A stretch of DNA of 64,000 bases, taken from NCBI GenBank assembly GCA_963832145.1, contig CAWHTA010000005.1, positions 54,562-118,561 on the forward strand, read 5' to 3'. Both the position numbers and the translations under genes were made by a program. The first letter of the stretch is position 1, and each line of letters begins with the position of its first letter. The notes below the pieces were generated by a model. It worked only from the letters and a program-made list of their open reading frames with translations. It was not told the DNA's origin and did no database searches. The DNA comes from an uncultured Acidobacteriota bacterium. GTDB taxonomy: Bacteria > Acidobacteriota > Thermoanaerobaculia > UBA5066 > Gp7-AA6. Shown here piece after piece: positions 51,440 through 62,414 of this stretch.

Positions 51440-51653
51440 GGCGGGAGAGACTAGCAGCGGATGGCCGACCCTCCGCGGAGGGTTCGCGGGCGCCGAACGG
51501 GCCTCCGGAGGGTCGGCACGGCGTCCCGGAGACTGTCCTCGCGCGAGAAAGGCTGTCCGCAGCACGGGACACCCTACTGAGGACCCCCCGGGCACCACCA
51601 TCGTAAACCACTGAGCCACCGATAGTTCTTAATTACCGCGACGCGCGCCGCGG

Positions 51654-51669
51654 TGGCACGGGCATCGCT
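51654..51669 (+). promoter_or_regulatory. Putative sigma54 -24/-12 promoter
   Basis: TGGCACG-GGCA-TCGCT with GG-N10-GC spacing, 24 bp before ATG 51694. Confidence 0.55.
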
Positions 51670-51693
51670 ATATCTCCTCTCGCGGAGGATGCA

Positions 51694-54162
51694 ATGAATA
51701 CGAAAAAGCGAATCTTTCTTGGCGCCGCGATGGCTCTTCTGACCGTCGCGATCGCCCATCCCCAATCGGACTATGACGCCGTGTCGCGGGCCGACACCTA
51801 CGCCAGCTACGACGGCGAGAGAAATGGCTACTCCTACGTGCGCGAGACGGTCGGAGGCGTGACGGTGGACTCACGCTTCAACGGCCGGGTGAGCGCGCGG
51901 CGGAATATGCCGATTTCCGCCGGCGACGAGATTACCGTCACCGACTCCGGCCGGGCCGAGATCGGGCTTGCCGATGGAAACCTACTCTTCGTGGGCGGCG
52001 GGACCCGTGCGCGGTTCTCTTCCCTCCATGCCCAGCAGGGCGAGGATGACGACTTTTCCGCGATCGACCTGCGGGACGGTTCGGTGGTCCTCGCGGCGAT
52101 CGGAGCCGACGAGGGCGCGATTCCCAGGATCGACACCGAAGCCGCGACCGTGTACCTCTCGGCCGGCGCTCGCGTTCGAGTGAACGCCGACCCGCGCCGG
52201 GGAACCGTCGTGGTCGTTCGGGCGGGTTCCGCGGAAGTTCGCACCCGCGTCGACAGCTACACCGTCGACGCCGGCAGCTACCTGATCGTGGAAGGAGACG
52301 ACGATCCCGAGCTCGCACGGGGGGTCTTCTCCCGTGACCGTTTCGATCTCTGGGCGTCCGACCGGCTCGAAGAGCTCTACTCCGACACGACCCGCAGCGC
52401 GTCGGTCGGCTACGTGGACGAGGAGTACGCCAGCGAGGTCGTCGCGCTCGACGACTACGGTGACTGGGAGTACAGCTCGACCTACTCCACCCAGGTCTGG
52501 ACGCCGCGCGTCTCCGTCGGCTGGAGCCCTTACTCTCGCGGAAGCTGGTACTACACGCCGATCGGTCTCACCTGGTGGTCCTCGGATCCCTGGGGCTGGT
52601 ATCCGCATCACTACGGCACCTGGTACTTCGACGTCGGCTTCAGCCACTGGTCGTGGGTGCCTTCGTACGTCTACTCGCCGGCCTGGGTCTACTGGGGCTA
52701 CACCCCGAGGTACGTCGGATGGTGCCCGGTCGGCTACTACTCCTACTACTCGCCGTGGTTCAACGACTACTACCGCTCGTGGGGCTGGAACTCCCGGTAC
52801 AGCCGCAGCGCGAGCCTCTACTTCGCGATCTCCGGCACGTTCCGGACCCGCGACGTCGACTTCGGCGGCTGGAACTTCGTAAACTCCGGGAACTTCGGGT
52901 CGAGCTACGACCCCATCTCGGTCGTCTCCGGCACCCGTCTCGTGCAGAGCCTCGGCGATCACCTCTCGATCTCCCCCAAGCCGATCGTCGTCGCCTCCAG
53001 CGGAGCCTCGCTGCCGCAGGCGCTCCAGACTTACGCCCGGGAGATGCCGTCGCGCATCGAGAAGGCGAAGGGCATCGACTCCGATCGCCTCGCCCCGGTT
53101 CTCGGACGGCAGAAGGCGCTCAGCGCGTCGACCGTCGAAGCTCTCAAGGAGAGGGCCGTCGTCGCCGGCAACGGCAAGTTCGGAGGACCGGGCGCCGAGG
53201 CGCTCGCGACCCGGGGAGCCAAAGTCGACCGCGGCGGATCGGTAAAGGATTTCCTCGCCGCGCCGGGTAGGGACAAGGGTTCCGTGCGGAGGGATTCGGT
53301 CTTCGCGCGCGATCGCAAGGGCATCGAGCGAGCGGTCCCGGATCTCGGCCGCGAGAAAGCGCAACCAGGCGGCCCGGTTCGGTCGGAAGACCCGGCGGCG
53401 GACTGGCGCGGTCGCGGCAAGGCGGACAAGGGTTCGTCGGCCCCGGTCGAGTCGGTCGACAAGCCGTCGAAGGGCCGTGGTCCGGAGACCTCCGATGCTC
53501 CCCGCGAAGGAAAGCGGATCGAGCGTTCGGCGCCCGCTCCGGCCGACGACTGGCGTCAGCGGAATCCTGGCAAGAGCCAGGGCCCGTCGAAGGCGCCGGC
53601 CGTCGAGCGCCCGAAGTCAGGCAAGCCGTACGCCCGGATAGAGAGCGCGCCGGCTCCCCGCGAGGAGAAGTGGCGGGGCGGTCCGCAGCCCTCTCAGGAG
53701 TCACGCCCCGCTCCCGCTCCGAAGAGGTCCATCGAAAAGTCCTCCGAGGACTGGCGGGGACGATCCGAGCCGCCCGCTAAGCGGGTGATCGACGGAGCGG
53801 TGCCGGGTCGCAGGAGCCAGGAGCTCCGCGACGTGGCGCCGCGCGCCAAGGAGAGAGCACCGTCGGCCGACTGGCGCACCTCTGAGCGCCCGGCCCCGGC
53901 GCCGCGTGAATCGAAAGCTTCGCCGCGTCTGGAACGGCGTCCCGAAGCGGCACCCGCACCGCGCGAGTACCGGCCCGAGTACCGGGCGCCGAAAGAGTAT
54001 CGGCCCGAGCCGCGGGAGTACCGGGCGCCGAGAGAGTACCGTCCTGAATCGCGTCCGGCGCCCGCGCCCCGCGTGGACCGGTCGCCTCAGAAGTCCGCTC
54101 CGCCCCCGGCGAGTGTGCCGAGCGGGAAGAGCCAGGGAAATGGAAAGGGTCGCAAAGGCTGA
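51694..54162 (+). CDS. Secreted FecR-like + DUF6600-like protein with long disordered R/P/E-rich tail
   Basis: Signal peptide, FecR-like beta region, aromatic W/Y-rich block (LDDYGDW, GWSPYSRGSWYY, PWGWYPHHYGTW) and REYRPE repeats. Confidence 0.8.
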   Translation: MNTKKRIFLGAAMALLTVAIAHPQSDYDAVSRADTYASYDGERNGYSYVRETVGGVTVDSRFNGRVSARRNMPISAGDEITVTDSGRAEIGLADGNLLFVGGGTRARFSSLHAQQGEDDDFSAIDLRDGSVVLAAIGADEGAIPRIDTEAATVYLSAGARVRVNADPRRGTVVVVRAGSAEVRTRVDSYTVDAGSYLIVEGDDDPELARGVFSRDRFDLWASDRLEELYSDTTRSASVGYVDEEYASEVVALDDYGDWEYSSTYSTQVWTPRVSVGWSPYSRGSWYYTPIGLTWWSSDPWGWYPHHYGTWYFDVGFSHWSWVPSYVYSPAWVYWGYTPRYVGWCPVGYYSYYSPWFNDYYRSWGWNSRYSRSASLYFAISGTFRTRDVDFGGWNFVNSGNFGSSYDPISVVSGTRLVQSLGDHLSISPKPIVVASSGASLPQALQTYAREMPSRIEKAKGIDSDRLAPVLGRQKALSASTVEALKERAVVAGNGKFGGPGAEALATRGAKVDRGGSVKDFLAAPGRDKGSVRRDSVFARDRKGIERAVPDLGREKAQPGGPVRSEDPAADWRGRGKADKGSSAPVESVDKPSKGRGPETSDAPREGKRIERSAPAPADDWRQRNPGKSQGPSKAPAVERPKSGKPYARIESAPAPREEKWRGGPQPSQESRPAPAPKRSIEKSSEDWRGRSEPPAKRVIDGAVPGRRSQELRDVAPRAKERAPSADWRTSERPAPAPRESKASPRLERRPEAAPAPREYRPEYRAPKEYRPEPREYRAPREYRPESRPAPAPRVDRSPQKSAPPPASVPSGKSQGNGKGRKG

Positions 54163-54192
54163 ACGAATCGATCCGGGGTTTCCTCCTCTTCG

Positions 54193-54218
54193 ACCGCGCC
54201 TTCGGGCGCGGTTTTTTT
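54193..54218 (+). terminator. Rho-independent terminator
   Basis: ACCGCGCC-TTCG-GGCGCGGT followed by a T-run. Confidence 0.9.
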
Positions 54219-54309
54219 ATGTCGGACTGCTGATACGAAGGGTGGGCATATGGGGTCTGATCCCGCAGGGGTCAGAACCCTCCCTGGCGAAGAAACTACA
54301 ATCCCGAGG

Positions 54310-54561
54310 ATGAGCCTACGCGCTTCGACCGTGCTCGGCAGCGCTCTGTTCGTCTTCTACTGCACGGCCGTCGGCGTGTACCTTCTCCTGCGCCCCTGGA
54401 GCACGCCCACCGGGCCTGGTCTCACGGGGTCCGGCTTTTTCCGCGGGTTCGTGTCGGGATTGGGTCTCGTCCACCTCGTCATCGGAGCCGCCGACCTCCG
54501 GGTGCTGTCCCGCGAGCTCTCGACGCCGGCTCCCGGCGAGCCCGAGGAACAACCCGAGTGA
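54310..54561 (+). CDS. Small 2-TM hypothetical protein
   Basis: Hydrophobic 83-aa ORF with GTGA overlap into the next gene. Confidence 0.6.
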   Translation: MSLRASTVLGSALFVFYCTAVGVYLLLRPWSTPTGPGLTGSGFFRGFVSGLGLVHLVIGAADLRVLSRELSTPAPGEPEEQPE

Positions 54562-55169
54562 AGGCGCTCTACGTGACGGACCGGGCCGCCATCGGGGACA
54601 CCCGGTTCGATCGCATCCTCGCGTCGCTGCACGGTGCTCCCGGCCTCGCGGTCGAGCTGCGGGAGAAAGGCGAAGGCGACCGCAAGACGCTTCGAAGGGC
54701 GGAGTCGGCGCGCGAGGCGCTCGGTCCCGACGTCCCGCTGCTCGTCAACGGTCGACTGGACGTCGCGATCGCGGCGGGAGCCTCGGGGGTCCACCTTCCC
54801 GCGGACGGACTCCCGCTCGGGCGGGTGCGGGCCGCGGCGCCCCGAGGGTTCCTCGTCGGCGTCTCGACCCACTCCCCCGCCGAGGCTGCGGCGGCGATCG
54901 AAGGGGGCGCGCACGTCGTCGTGATCGGGCCGATCTTCGACACCCCGTCGAAGCGGTCGTTCGGAACCCCGCTCGGAATCGGCGCGCTGGAGGCGCTCCC
55001 GCCTCGCGAAGGACACGAGAGCGACGTCTATGCGATCGGCGGGATCGGCGAAGCGGAGCTCGAACGGCTCGCGCCGTATCGCGATCGAATCGCCGGCGTC
55101 GCCGCGGTGCGGATTTTCCAGGACTCCAGCGACCCGCGCGCGGTCGTCGAAAGAATCGGCGCGCTGTGA
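54558..55169 (+). CDS. Thiamine-phosphate synthase / TenI family protein
   Basis: LREK, NGRLDVA..GVHL, GVSTHS, GPIFDTPSK and AIGGI. Confidence 0.85.
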   Translation: MKALYVTDRAAIGDTRFDRILASLHGAPGLAVELREKGEGDRKTLRRAESAREALGPDVPLLVNGRLDVAIAAGASGVHLPADGLPLGRVRAAAPRGFLVGVSTHSPAEAAAAIEGGAHVVVIGPIFDTPSKRSFGTPLGIGALEALPPREGHESDVYAIGGIGEAELERLAPYRDRIAGVAAVRIFQDSSDPRAVVERIGAL

Positions 55170-56614
55170 AGACCCTCGACCGGATGAAGCCCCTCGGCGG
55201 GAAGCTCCCCCCGCTCGTTCGCCACCTGATCGGACCGGTCGCCCTCGTCGCCACGGTCCTCGCCGTCGTCCTGCTCCTGACGGCCGTCGGGGTTCCCACC
55301 ACGAACCCGCGCGGCCACGACTACGGCGCGCTTGCGATCGGCATCGCGGCCGCGCTCGTCCTCACGCGCGTTCTCGACTACGTCTTTTTCGACGTGGCCT
55401 TCCGCCTGCGCCGAAAGGTCGCCGCCCCCGCGCTTCTGCGCCAGCTCGTCAGCCTGCTCGTCTTCGGGATCACGGCGGCGATTCTGCTGCGGGTCATCCT
55501 CGGGATTCAGCTGACCGGCGTCGTTGCAACGTCCGCCGTCCTGTCGGTCGTCATCGGTCTCGCGCTGCAGGACACGCTCGGGAACCTTTTCTCGGGTCTC
55601 GCTCTCCATCTCGAAAAGAGCGTGCAGGTCGGCGACATGCTGAAGTCCGGCGACACCCTCGGAACCGTCGAAGAGCTTTCCTGGCGCGCGATCAAGCTCC
55701 GGACGATGGAAGGCAACATCCTGCTCATCCCGAACAGCATCGCGAGCCGCGAACACCTCGAGGTGTTCCCACGGCCGGGACGTCCCATCGCGCGAACGCT
55801 CGGAGTCGGTCTCGAATACGACACACCGCCGGCGCAGGCGATCGCCGCACTCGCGGCGGCGGGCCGGGAGCTCACCGGCATCGCCGCTTACCCCGAGCCG
55901 GTCGCCTACCTGAAGAGCTTCGACGCTTCGTGGATCACGTATGAGCTGCGCTACTGGCTGGAGGACTACGCGCGATTTCTCGAAATCGACTCGACGGTCC
56001 GCGAGAGGGTCTGGTATCGCCTCGGCCGAGAGAACATCCCTTTCGCGTACCCGCTGGCCCGGCAGTGGCAGTGGGCGGCCGGACCACTCAAGGCCCCCTC
56101 CCGGCGGAACGCCGTGGAGACTGCGATCTCGAGCGTCGATCTCTTCGCGCTCCTCTCCGACGAGGCGCGGGGACGTGTCGCCGATGGCGCCCGGGAGAGG
56201 CGATTCGCCCCGGGCGAGACCATCGTCCGGGAGGGGGACCGGGGATCGTCCATGTTCGTCGTCGAATCGGGTCGCCTGGGCGTTTCCGTGCACGGCAAGG
56301 TGGGACAGAGCCAGCGCCTCGCGGTCCTGGAGCAGGGGGCGGCGTTCGGCGAGATCAGTTTGCTCACCGGCGATCCCCGGAGCGCCACGGTGCGCGCCCT
56401 GACCGAAGCCGCCCTCCTCGAGATCGACAAGGCGACGCTCTCGCCGATCCTCCGGGAGAACCCTTCGCTCTGCGGGATGCTCGAGCTCACGATGCGGGAG
56501 CGACGAAAGCGCGCCGCGGACGCGCTCGAGGAGGCCGGCGGGGAAGCCGAGCAGACTGTCGACAAGACCCCTCTTTCGCAGCGCATCGCACGGTTCTTCG
56601 GTCTGAAGGGATAG
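55166..56614 (+). CDS. MscS-family mechanosensitive channel with C-terminal cNMP-binding domain
   Basis: IGLALQDTLGNLFSG, IPNS and FGEISLLTGDPRSATV. Confidence 0.9.
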   Translation: MKTLDRMKPLGGKLPPLVRHLIGPVALVATVLAVVLLLTAVGVPTTNPRGHDYGALAIGIAAALVLTRVLDYVFFDVAFRLRRKVAAPALLRQLVSLLVFGITAAILLRVILGIQLTGVVATSAVLSVVIGLALQDTLGNLFSGLALHLEKSVQVGDMLKSGDTLGTVEELSWRAIKLRTMEGNILLIPNSIASREHLEVFPRPGRPIARTLGVGLEYDTPPAQAIAALAAAGRELTGIAAYPEPVAYLKSFDASWITYELRYWLEDYARFLEIDSTVRERVWYRLGRENIPFAYPLARQWQWAAGPLKAPSRRNAVETAISSVDLFALLSDEARGRVADGARERRFAPGETIVREGDRGSSMFVVESGRLGVSVHGKVGQSQRLAVLEQGAAFGEISLLTGDPRSATVRALTEAALLEIDKATLSPILRENPSLCGMLELTMRERRKRAADALEEAGGEAEQTVDKTPLSQRIARFFGLKG

Positions 56615-56621
56615 CGGACCG

Positions 56622-57005
56622 ATGAAGCTCCTGCTCGGACTCGACCTGACGGAGGTCGACCGCGTCGCGGGGCTGCTCGACCGCTGGGGAGACCGTTTCG
56701 TCAAGCGGGTCTTTCTCCCGGGCGAGATCTCTCCGCGACGCCGCCATCCGAGGGCGCGAGCGCAACACGTCGCCGGGCGGTTCGCGGCGAAGGAAGCGAC
56801 CATGAAGGCGCTCGGCACCGGGACGCGGGGCGTCGCCTTCCGGGAGATCGAGGTGAAGCGTGACCTGCGCGGAAAGCCGACGCTCACGCTCCACGGCCGG
56901 GCGCTCGACCGCGCACGCCGGCTCCGGGTCCGGAGCATGGAGCTCTCGATCACTCACGGCGAGACGACAGCCGCGGCCGTCGTCGCCTTTCTCACGGAGG
57001 ATTAA
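56622..57005 (+). CDS. acpS: Holo-ACP synthase
   Basis: [21 protein letters not shown] and LSITH. Confidence 0.94.
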   Translation: MKLLLGLDLTEVDRVAGLLDRWGDRFVKRVFLPGEISPRRRHPRARAQHVAGRFAAKEATMKALGTGTRGVAFREIEVKRDLRGKPTLTLHGRALDRARRLRVRSMELSITHGETTAAAVVAFLTED

Positions 57006-57046
57006 CCGGCCCCGAGCGGGACTCCTGCTATCTTCCCCGCTTCGAC

Positions 57047-59958
57047 ATGGACGTCCCGGGCGACTACAAGGCGACTCTCAACCTGCCGAAGACCGCCTTC
57101 CCGATGAAGGCGGACCTCCCGCGGCGCGAGCCCGCGCAGCTCGCAGCGTGGGACGCGATGGGCCTCGAGGCCGCCGTGCGTGCGGCGTGCGCGGGTCGAC
57201 CTCGTTTCATCCTGCACGACGGGCCCCCCTACGCGAACGGCAACATCCACATCGGTCACGTTCTGAACAAGGTCCTGAAGGACCTGATCGTGCGCAGCCG
57301 CACGATGCTGGGCTTCGACGCCCCCTACGTACCGGGCTTCGACTGTCACGGGCTTCCAATCGAGAAGCAGGTGGACAAGAAGCTGGGCTCGAAGAAGCGC
57401 GACATGGACACCGTCGCGATCCGGCAGGCTTGCCGGGCTTACGCCGCGAGCTTCATCGCGATCCAGTCCGAGGAGTTCCGGCGCCTGGGCGTCGGGGGCG
57501 CCTGGGATCGGCCTTACTCGACGATGAGCCCCTCCTACGAGGCGGAGATCGCCCGCGCGTTCGGTGAGTTCTATCGGCGAAACCTCGTCTACCAGGCCCT
57601 GAAGTCGGTCCGCTGGTGCTTCACGGACCAGACGGCGCTCGCCGAGGCCGAGCTCGAGTACGTCGAGCGGACCGACCCGGCGATCTTCGTCGCCTTTCCG
57701 TTTACGGACGCCCGCTTCTTCGACGCGTTCGGCATACCGAGACCGGACGCCGGCACGGCTCCCCCCGCGCGCGGTCGCGTGGACGACGACGCCGTGGACG
57801 ATCCCTTCCAACCTGGCGATCGCCGTCCACCCCGACGAGACCTACGATCTCGTTTCGGACGGCAAAGGCTTTTTCGTCGTCGCGCGGAAGCTTCGCGACG
57901 CGGTGAGCGTCGAGGATCGGCGCGACGTGGACCGTGGCGGGAAGCGCCGCGGGGCGGGACCTCGTCGGGCTGCGCTACGCCCACCCCCTCTCCGCGGAAA
58001 TGCGCGGCGAGCTCACCCCCGAAGAGGAAGAACGCTCCTTCCGCGTCGTCGCGGCGGACTACGTGACGATGGACGCCGGAACCGGCCTCGTGCACACGGC
58101 TCCGGGCCACGGCGAAGACGACTTCCAGACCGGGGCCCGCGAGGGTCTTCCCATCCTCTCGCCGGTGGACGAGGGGGGGCGTTTCACCACGGCGGCGAAG
58201 TACCGGGGCAAGAAGGTCCTCGAAGCGAACTCCGAGATCGTGGCGGACCTGACCGAGGCGGGAGCACTCCTCCACGTCGACACCGCGTTCCGCCACGAGT
58301 ATCCGCACTGCTGGCGGTGCAAGAACCCCGTCATCTTCCGGGCGACGATCCAGTGGTTCGTGCGCCTGGACGACCCCGAGACGGACGTCCGGGCGGCCGC
58401 CCTCGAGGCGATCCGCCGTGTCCGCTGGCATCCGGCGTGGGGAGAGCAACGCATCTCGGGGATGGTCGAGAACCGCCGCGAGTGGGTCATCTCCCGCCAG
58501 CGGCGCTGGGGCTCGCCGATCACGCTTCTCTACGCGATGCGCGGCGACGAGCGCGAGGTGTATCCCTGGCGGGACGACGCGATCGAGCAGGAGAAGTTCT
58601 TCGCCCACGTCGTCTCGATCTTCCGCAAGGAAGGGGGGGACGCCTGGTACGCCCGCCCCGCCGCGGATTTCCTGCCGCCCGACGCCGATCGGCGCGGGTT
58701 CACGGAGTTCGTGAAGGAGACCGACATCCTCGACGTCTGGTTCGACTCGGGGGTCTCGCACCTCGCGGTCCTGCGTTCCGGCGAGTGGCCCGAGCTCACG
58801 CGCGAGGACCCGGGCCCTCCCGCCGACCTGTACGTCGAGGGGCACGACCAGTACCGCGGCTGGTTCCAGTCGTCCCTTCTCACCTCCGTCGCGCTCTTCG
58901 GAGACGCGCCGTACCGTGGAGTCGTCACGCACGGTTTCGCGCTCGACGTCGAGGCGAAGAAGATGTCCAAGTCGGCCGGAAACGCGATCGAGCCGCGCGC
59001 GATCCTAGGCAAATACGGCGCCGACATCCTCCGGCTGTGGGTCACGAGCCTCGACTACACCGACGACGACCCCATCTCGGAGGAGATCCTCGCGCGCTGC
59101 GCCGAGGCGTACCGCAAGGTCCGCAACACGGCGCGCTACCTGATCTCCAACCTCTACGACTTCGATCCGGCGTCGCACGCGGTCGCGCCGGGCGACCTCC
59201 TGCCTCTCGACCGCTGGGCGGTGCAGCAGGCGCGGCGGCTCGCCGCGCGCGTGCTCGAGGCGTATCGCGACTACGAGTTCCACGTCGTCTACCACGCGCT
59301 GGTCAACTTCTCCGCGACGACGCTCTCCGCCTTCTATCTCGACGTCCTGAAGGACCGGCTCTACGCGTCGCCGGCCGATTCCCCGGAACGCCGTTCCGCC
59401 CAGACCGCGATGCACCGGATCGGGCGCTCGCTCGCTACCCTGGCGGCGCCGATCCTTCCGTTTACAGCCGAGGAGATCTGGGGCGCGCTCCCCGGCGCGA
59501 AGGAACAATCGGTACACCTCGCGCGTTTCGACGGGCTGGATGACTTCCCCGAAGACTCTCTCCCCGAATCGGCGTGGGACCGCCTGATGAAGCTTCGCGA
59601 AGAGGCCTCCGTTCTCCTCGAAGAAGCGCGCCGGGAAAAGGTGATCGGTTCCTCCCTCGAGGGCGCCATCGCCCTTTCGCCGCACTCCGACTTCGACAGC
59701 GACCGGTCGGCGACTGGCACCACGGGGCCCGGCCTCGCCGACCTCTTCATCGTGTCGGAAACGATCCCTGCGCCCGCCGGGTCGGACGGCGAGGGATGGG
59801 TGGAGTCCCGGACGTATCCCGGCCTGCGGCTGAAGTTCGAAAAGGCGCGCGGCCGCCGCTGCGACCGTTGCTGGAAAGTCACGCCGGAAGCGGACGAGAC
59901 CGGGCTGTGCGAGCGGTGTCGACGCGCCCTGGCCCTCGCCAGCGTTCCCACCGCATGA
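57047..59958 (+). CDS. ileS: Isoleucine--tRNA ligase (frameshifts ~57750-57930)
   Basis: [28 protein letters not shown] and C-terminal CDRCW..CERC. Confidence 0.96.
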
Positions 59959-60482
59959 AGTCGTTCCCTCGCGTGAAAGAGAGCGCGGTGTACCGCACCG
60001 CGTACTTCCTCGCCTCGCTCGCGGTCCTGCTGCTCGACCAGTGGACGAAGGGCATCGTCATGCGCAGCTTCCAGCTGCACGAGTCGCGTCCGGTGATCCC
60101 CGGCTTCTTCGACCTGACCTACGTCCAGAACAGCGGCGCGGCCTTCGGCCTCTTCGCCTCGGTCGACTCCTCGCTGAAGGCGATCGTGCTGAACAGCGTC
60201 GCCGTGATCGTGTTCCTGATCGTGTCCGCGTACGCGCTTCGCTCACCGCACAAGAGCGTCCGACTCCAGGTCGGCCTTGCGCTCATCCTCGGGGGAGCCG
60301 TCGGCAACCTCCTCGATCGCGTCCGCTTCACGTACGTCGTCGACTTCATCGACTTCTCGATCTCCGGCCACCACTGGCCGGCCTTCAACGTCGCGGATTC
60401 GGCGATCTGCGCCGGCGTCGCCCTCCTTTTCCTCGACATGCTCCAGCGCGAGGACGAGGCGGAGCCGCACCCGGCGGCCTGA
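59955..60482 (+). CDS. lspA: Lipoprotein signal peptidase II
   Basis: DQWTK, NSGAAFG, GNLLDR, VVDFI and FNVADS. Confidence 0.96.
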   Translation: MKSFPRVKESAVYRTAYFLASLAVLLLDQWTKGIVMRSFQLHESRPVIPGFFDLTYVQNSGAAFGLFASVDSSLKAIVLNSVAVIVFLIVSAYALRSPHKSVRLQVGLALILGGAVGNLLDRVRFTYVVDFIDFSISGHHWPAFNVADSAICAGVALLFLDMLQREDEAEPHPAA

Positions 60483-60495
60483 CCCGGCCTCGAAC

Positions 60496-61281
60496 ATGTT
60501 TCCGCGGCTCATCCAGATCGGGTCCTTCTACCTTCCGACGTACGGCGTCCTCCTCGCGATCGCCTACCTCGTCGGAATCTGGATGCTCCGTCGGAAGGCG
60601 CGCGCGGAGGGCCTGCCCGAGCAGAAGATTTTCGACTTTTCGCTCTACGTCCTCGCCGCCGCGATTCTCGGAGCGAAGCTCCTTCTCGTCATCGTGGAGT
60701 TCCGGCGCTACGCCGCGAATCCCGCCTCCCTCATCGAAGTCCTTCGTTCGGGAGGCGTCTTCTACGGCGGGTTGATCGCCGCGACAGCGGTGGGCGTCTG
60801 GTACATGAGGAAACACCGGCTCCCGGCGTGGAAGATCGCCGACATGGGAGCGCCTTCGATCGCGCTGGGGGAGGCGATCGGCCGGTGGGGCTGCTTCGCC
60901 GCGGGCTGCTGCTACGGCAAGCCGACCGACCTGCCTTTCGGAGTGACGTTCACCGACCCGTTCGCGAACGAGGCCGTCGGCACGCCGTTGAACGTCGCGC
61001 TTCACCCGACCCAGCTCTACCTCTCGTTGAACGCGCTCATTATCTTTTTCGTCCTCCAGTGGGCGTACCGGCGGCGAACGTTCGACGGCGAGGTCTTCTG
61101 GCTCTACGTGCTCCTCTACGCGATCACGCGGGGAATCCTCGAGACCTTCCGGGGCGACTCGATCCGGGGTTTCCTCGTGCCGGGAGTCCTCTCGACGTCG
61201 CAGTTCATCGGGCTCCTCGCGGCGGCCTCCGCGGTCGGCATGCTCGTCTACCTCTCGCGCCGCCGCCGCGCCGCCGCTTGA
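60496..61281 (+). CDS. lgt: Prolipoprotein diacylglyceryl transferase
   Basis: GGVFYGG, IGRWGCFAAGCCYG, HPTQLY and ETFRGD. Confidence 0.93.
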   Translation: MFPRLIQIGSFYLPTYGVLLAIAYLVGIWMLRRKARAEGLPEQKIFDFSLYVLAAAILGAKLLLVIVEFRRYAANPASLIEVLRSGGVFYGGLIAATAVGVWYMRKHRLPAWKIADMGAPSIALGEAIGRWGCFAAGCCYGKPTDLPFGVTFTDPFANEAVGTPLNVALHPTQLYLSLNALIIFFVLQWAYRRRTFDGEVFWLYVLLYAITRGILETFRGDSIRGFLVPGVLSTSQFIGLLAAASAVGMLVYLSRRRRAAA

Positions 61282-62258
61282 TCCGGCGCTTCCGGGTCGG
61301 CGTTCCGTCGGAAGGCACCCGGCTCGACCTCTTCGTCGCCTCCGCCTGCTCGGACCTCACCCGGTCCCGAATCCAGAAGCTCATCGCCGAGGGAGCCGTC
61401 CGACTCGCCGGGTCTCCCGCGAAGCGGGCGCACGTCGTCCGCGCCGGCGACGAGGTCGAGGTGGACGTGCCGGAGCCCCGCGCCAGCACGATCGAGGCCC
61501 AGGACATCCCCCTCTCGATCCTCTACGAAGATGCGCACCTGCTCGCAATCGACAAGCCTCCGGGGATCGTCGTCCATCCTTCACCGGGACACCACTCGGG
61601 CACTCTCGTCAACGCCCTCCTCCACCACGTGCGCGACCTGTCCGGGATCGGCGGCGTCGAACGGCCGGGGATCGTGCACCGTCTCGACCGCGATACCTCA
61701 GGCGTTCTCCTCGTGGCCAAGACGGATCGGGCCCACTCGTCCCTTTCGCGCCAGATGAAGAAGCGTTGGCTGCGCAAGGAATACCTGGCTCTCGTCGCGG
61801 GCCTCTCGCGCGTGCGAAAAGGCGAGGTCGCTCTCGCGATCGGGCGGGACCCGCGCGACCGGAAGAAGATGCGGGCGTTCCGGAACGCCGAGCTCGCCCC
61901 GGCAGGTGCGAGGGAAGCGCAGACGCTCTATGAGATCGAGAGGGATTGGCCGGAGCTCGGACTCACTCTTCTCAAGTGCCGTCTCGTCACCGGGCGCACG
62001 CACCAGATCCGGGTGCACCTCGCTGCGGCCGGGATGCCGGTCGTCGGAGATCCCGTGTACGGCCGGCCGCGCTACGACCGCGTGCGGGACCCGGAGCTTC
62101 GCCGCCGCCTCTCGGAGTTCCCGCGGCAGGCGCTCCACGCGGAGCGGATCGGGCTGCGCCATCCGGAGTCGAACGAGGAGATGGAGATCGTGGCGCCGGT
62201 GCCGGACGATCTCGCGGAGTTGATCGCGGCGATTCAGCAGGCAGCGGCGGGGCGTTAG
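61278..62258 (+). CDS. rluD: RluA-family pseudouridine synthase (RluD-like)
   Basis: S4 domain, RPGIVHRLDRDTSG, TGRTHQIRVH and RQALHA. Confidence 0.92.
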   Translation: MIRRFRVGVPSEGTRLDLFVASACSDLTRSRIQKLIAEGAVRLAGSPAKRAHVVRAGDEVEVDVPEPRASTIEAQDIPLSILYEDAHLLAIDKPPGIVVHPSPGHHSGTLVNALLHHVRDLSGIGGVERPGIVHRLDRDTSGVLLVAKTDRAHSSLSRQMKKRWLRKEYLALVAGLSRVRKGEVALAIGRDPRDRKKMRAFRNAELAPAGAREAQTLYEIERDWPELGLTLLKCRLVTGRTHQIRVHLAAAGMPVVGDPVYGRPRYDRVRDPELRRRLSEFPRQALHAERIGLRHPESNEEMEIVAPVPDDLAELIAAIQQAAAGR

Positions 62259-62259
62259 A

Positions 62260-62298
62260 GCCCCTCACCCTGCGCCCTCTCCCCGGAGGGGAGAGGGA
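62260..62298 (+). repeat. REP-like palindromic element (CCCCTCACCC...CCCTCTCCC..GGGAGAGGG type)
   Basis: CCCTCTCCCC-GGA-GGGGAGAGGG hairpin preceded by CCCCTCACCC, directly after a stop codon. Single copy seen in this window. Confidence 0.6.
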
Positions 62299-62414
62299 TT
62301 TTCGTCGCTACTGACCGGACATTCGTCCGGTCGAAACGGCGGACAGGTGTCACCTCCGGACACTTCCGCACGCGCGTTTCCGTGTGTTTTCGCAGTTTCT
62401 CCTTCGCAAAAGCG

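Noticed and set aside
53960-54050. Short tandem DNA repeats (GAGTACCGG) as a CRISPR array
   Set aside because: They are in-frame coding repeats (REYRPE) with no spacers and no cas genes.
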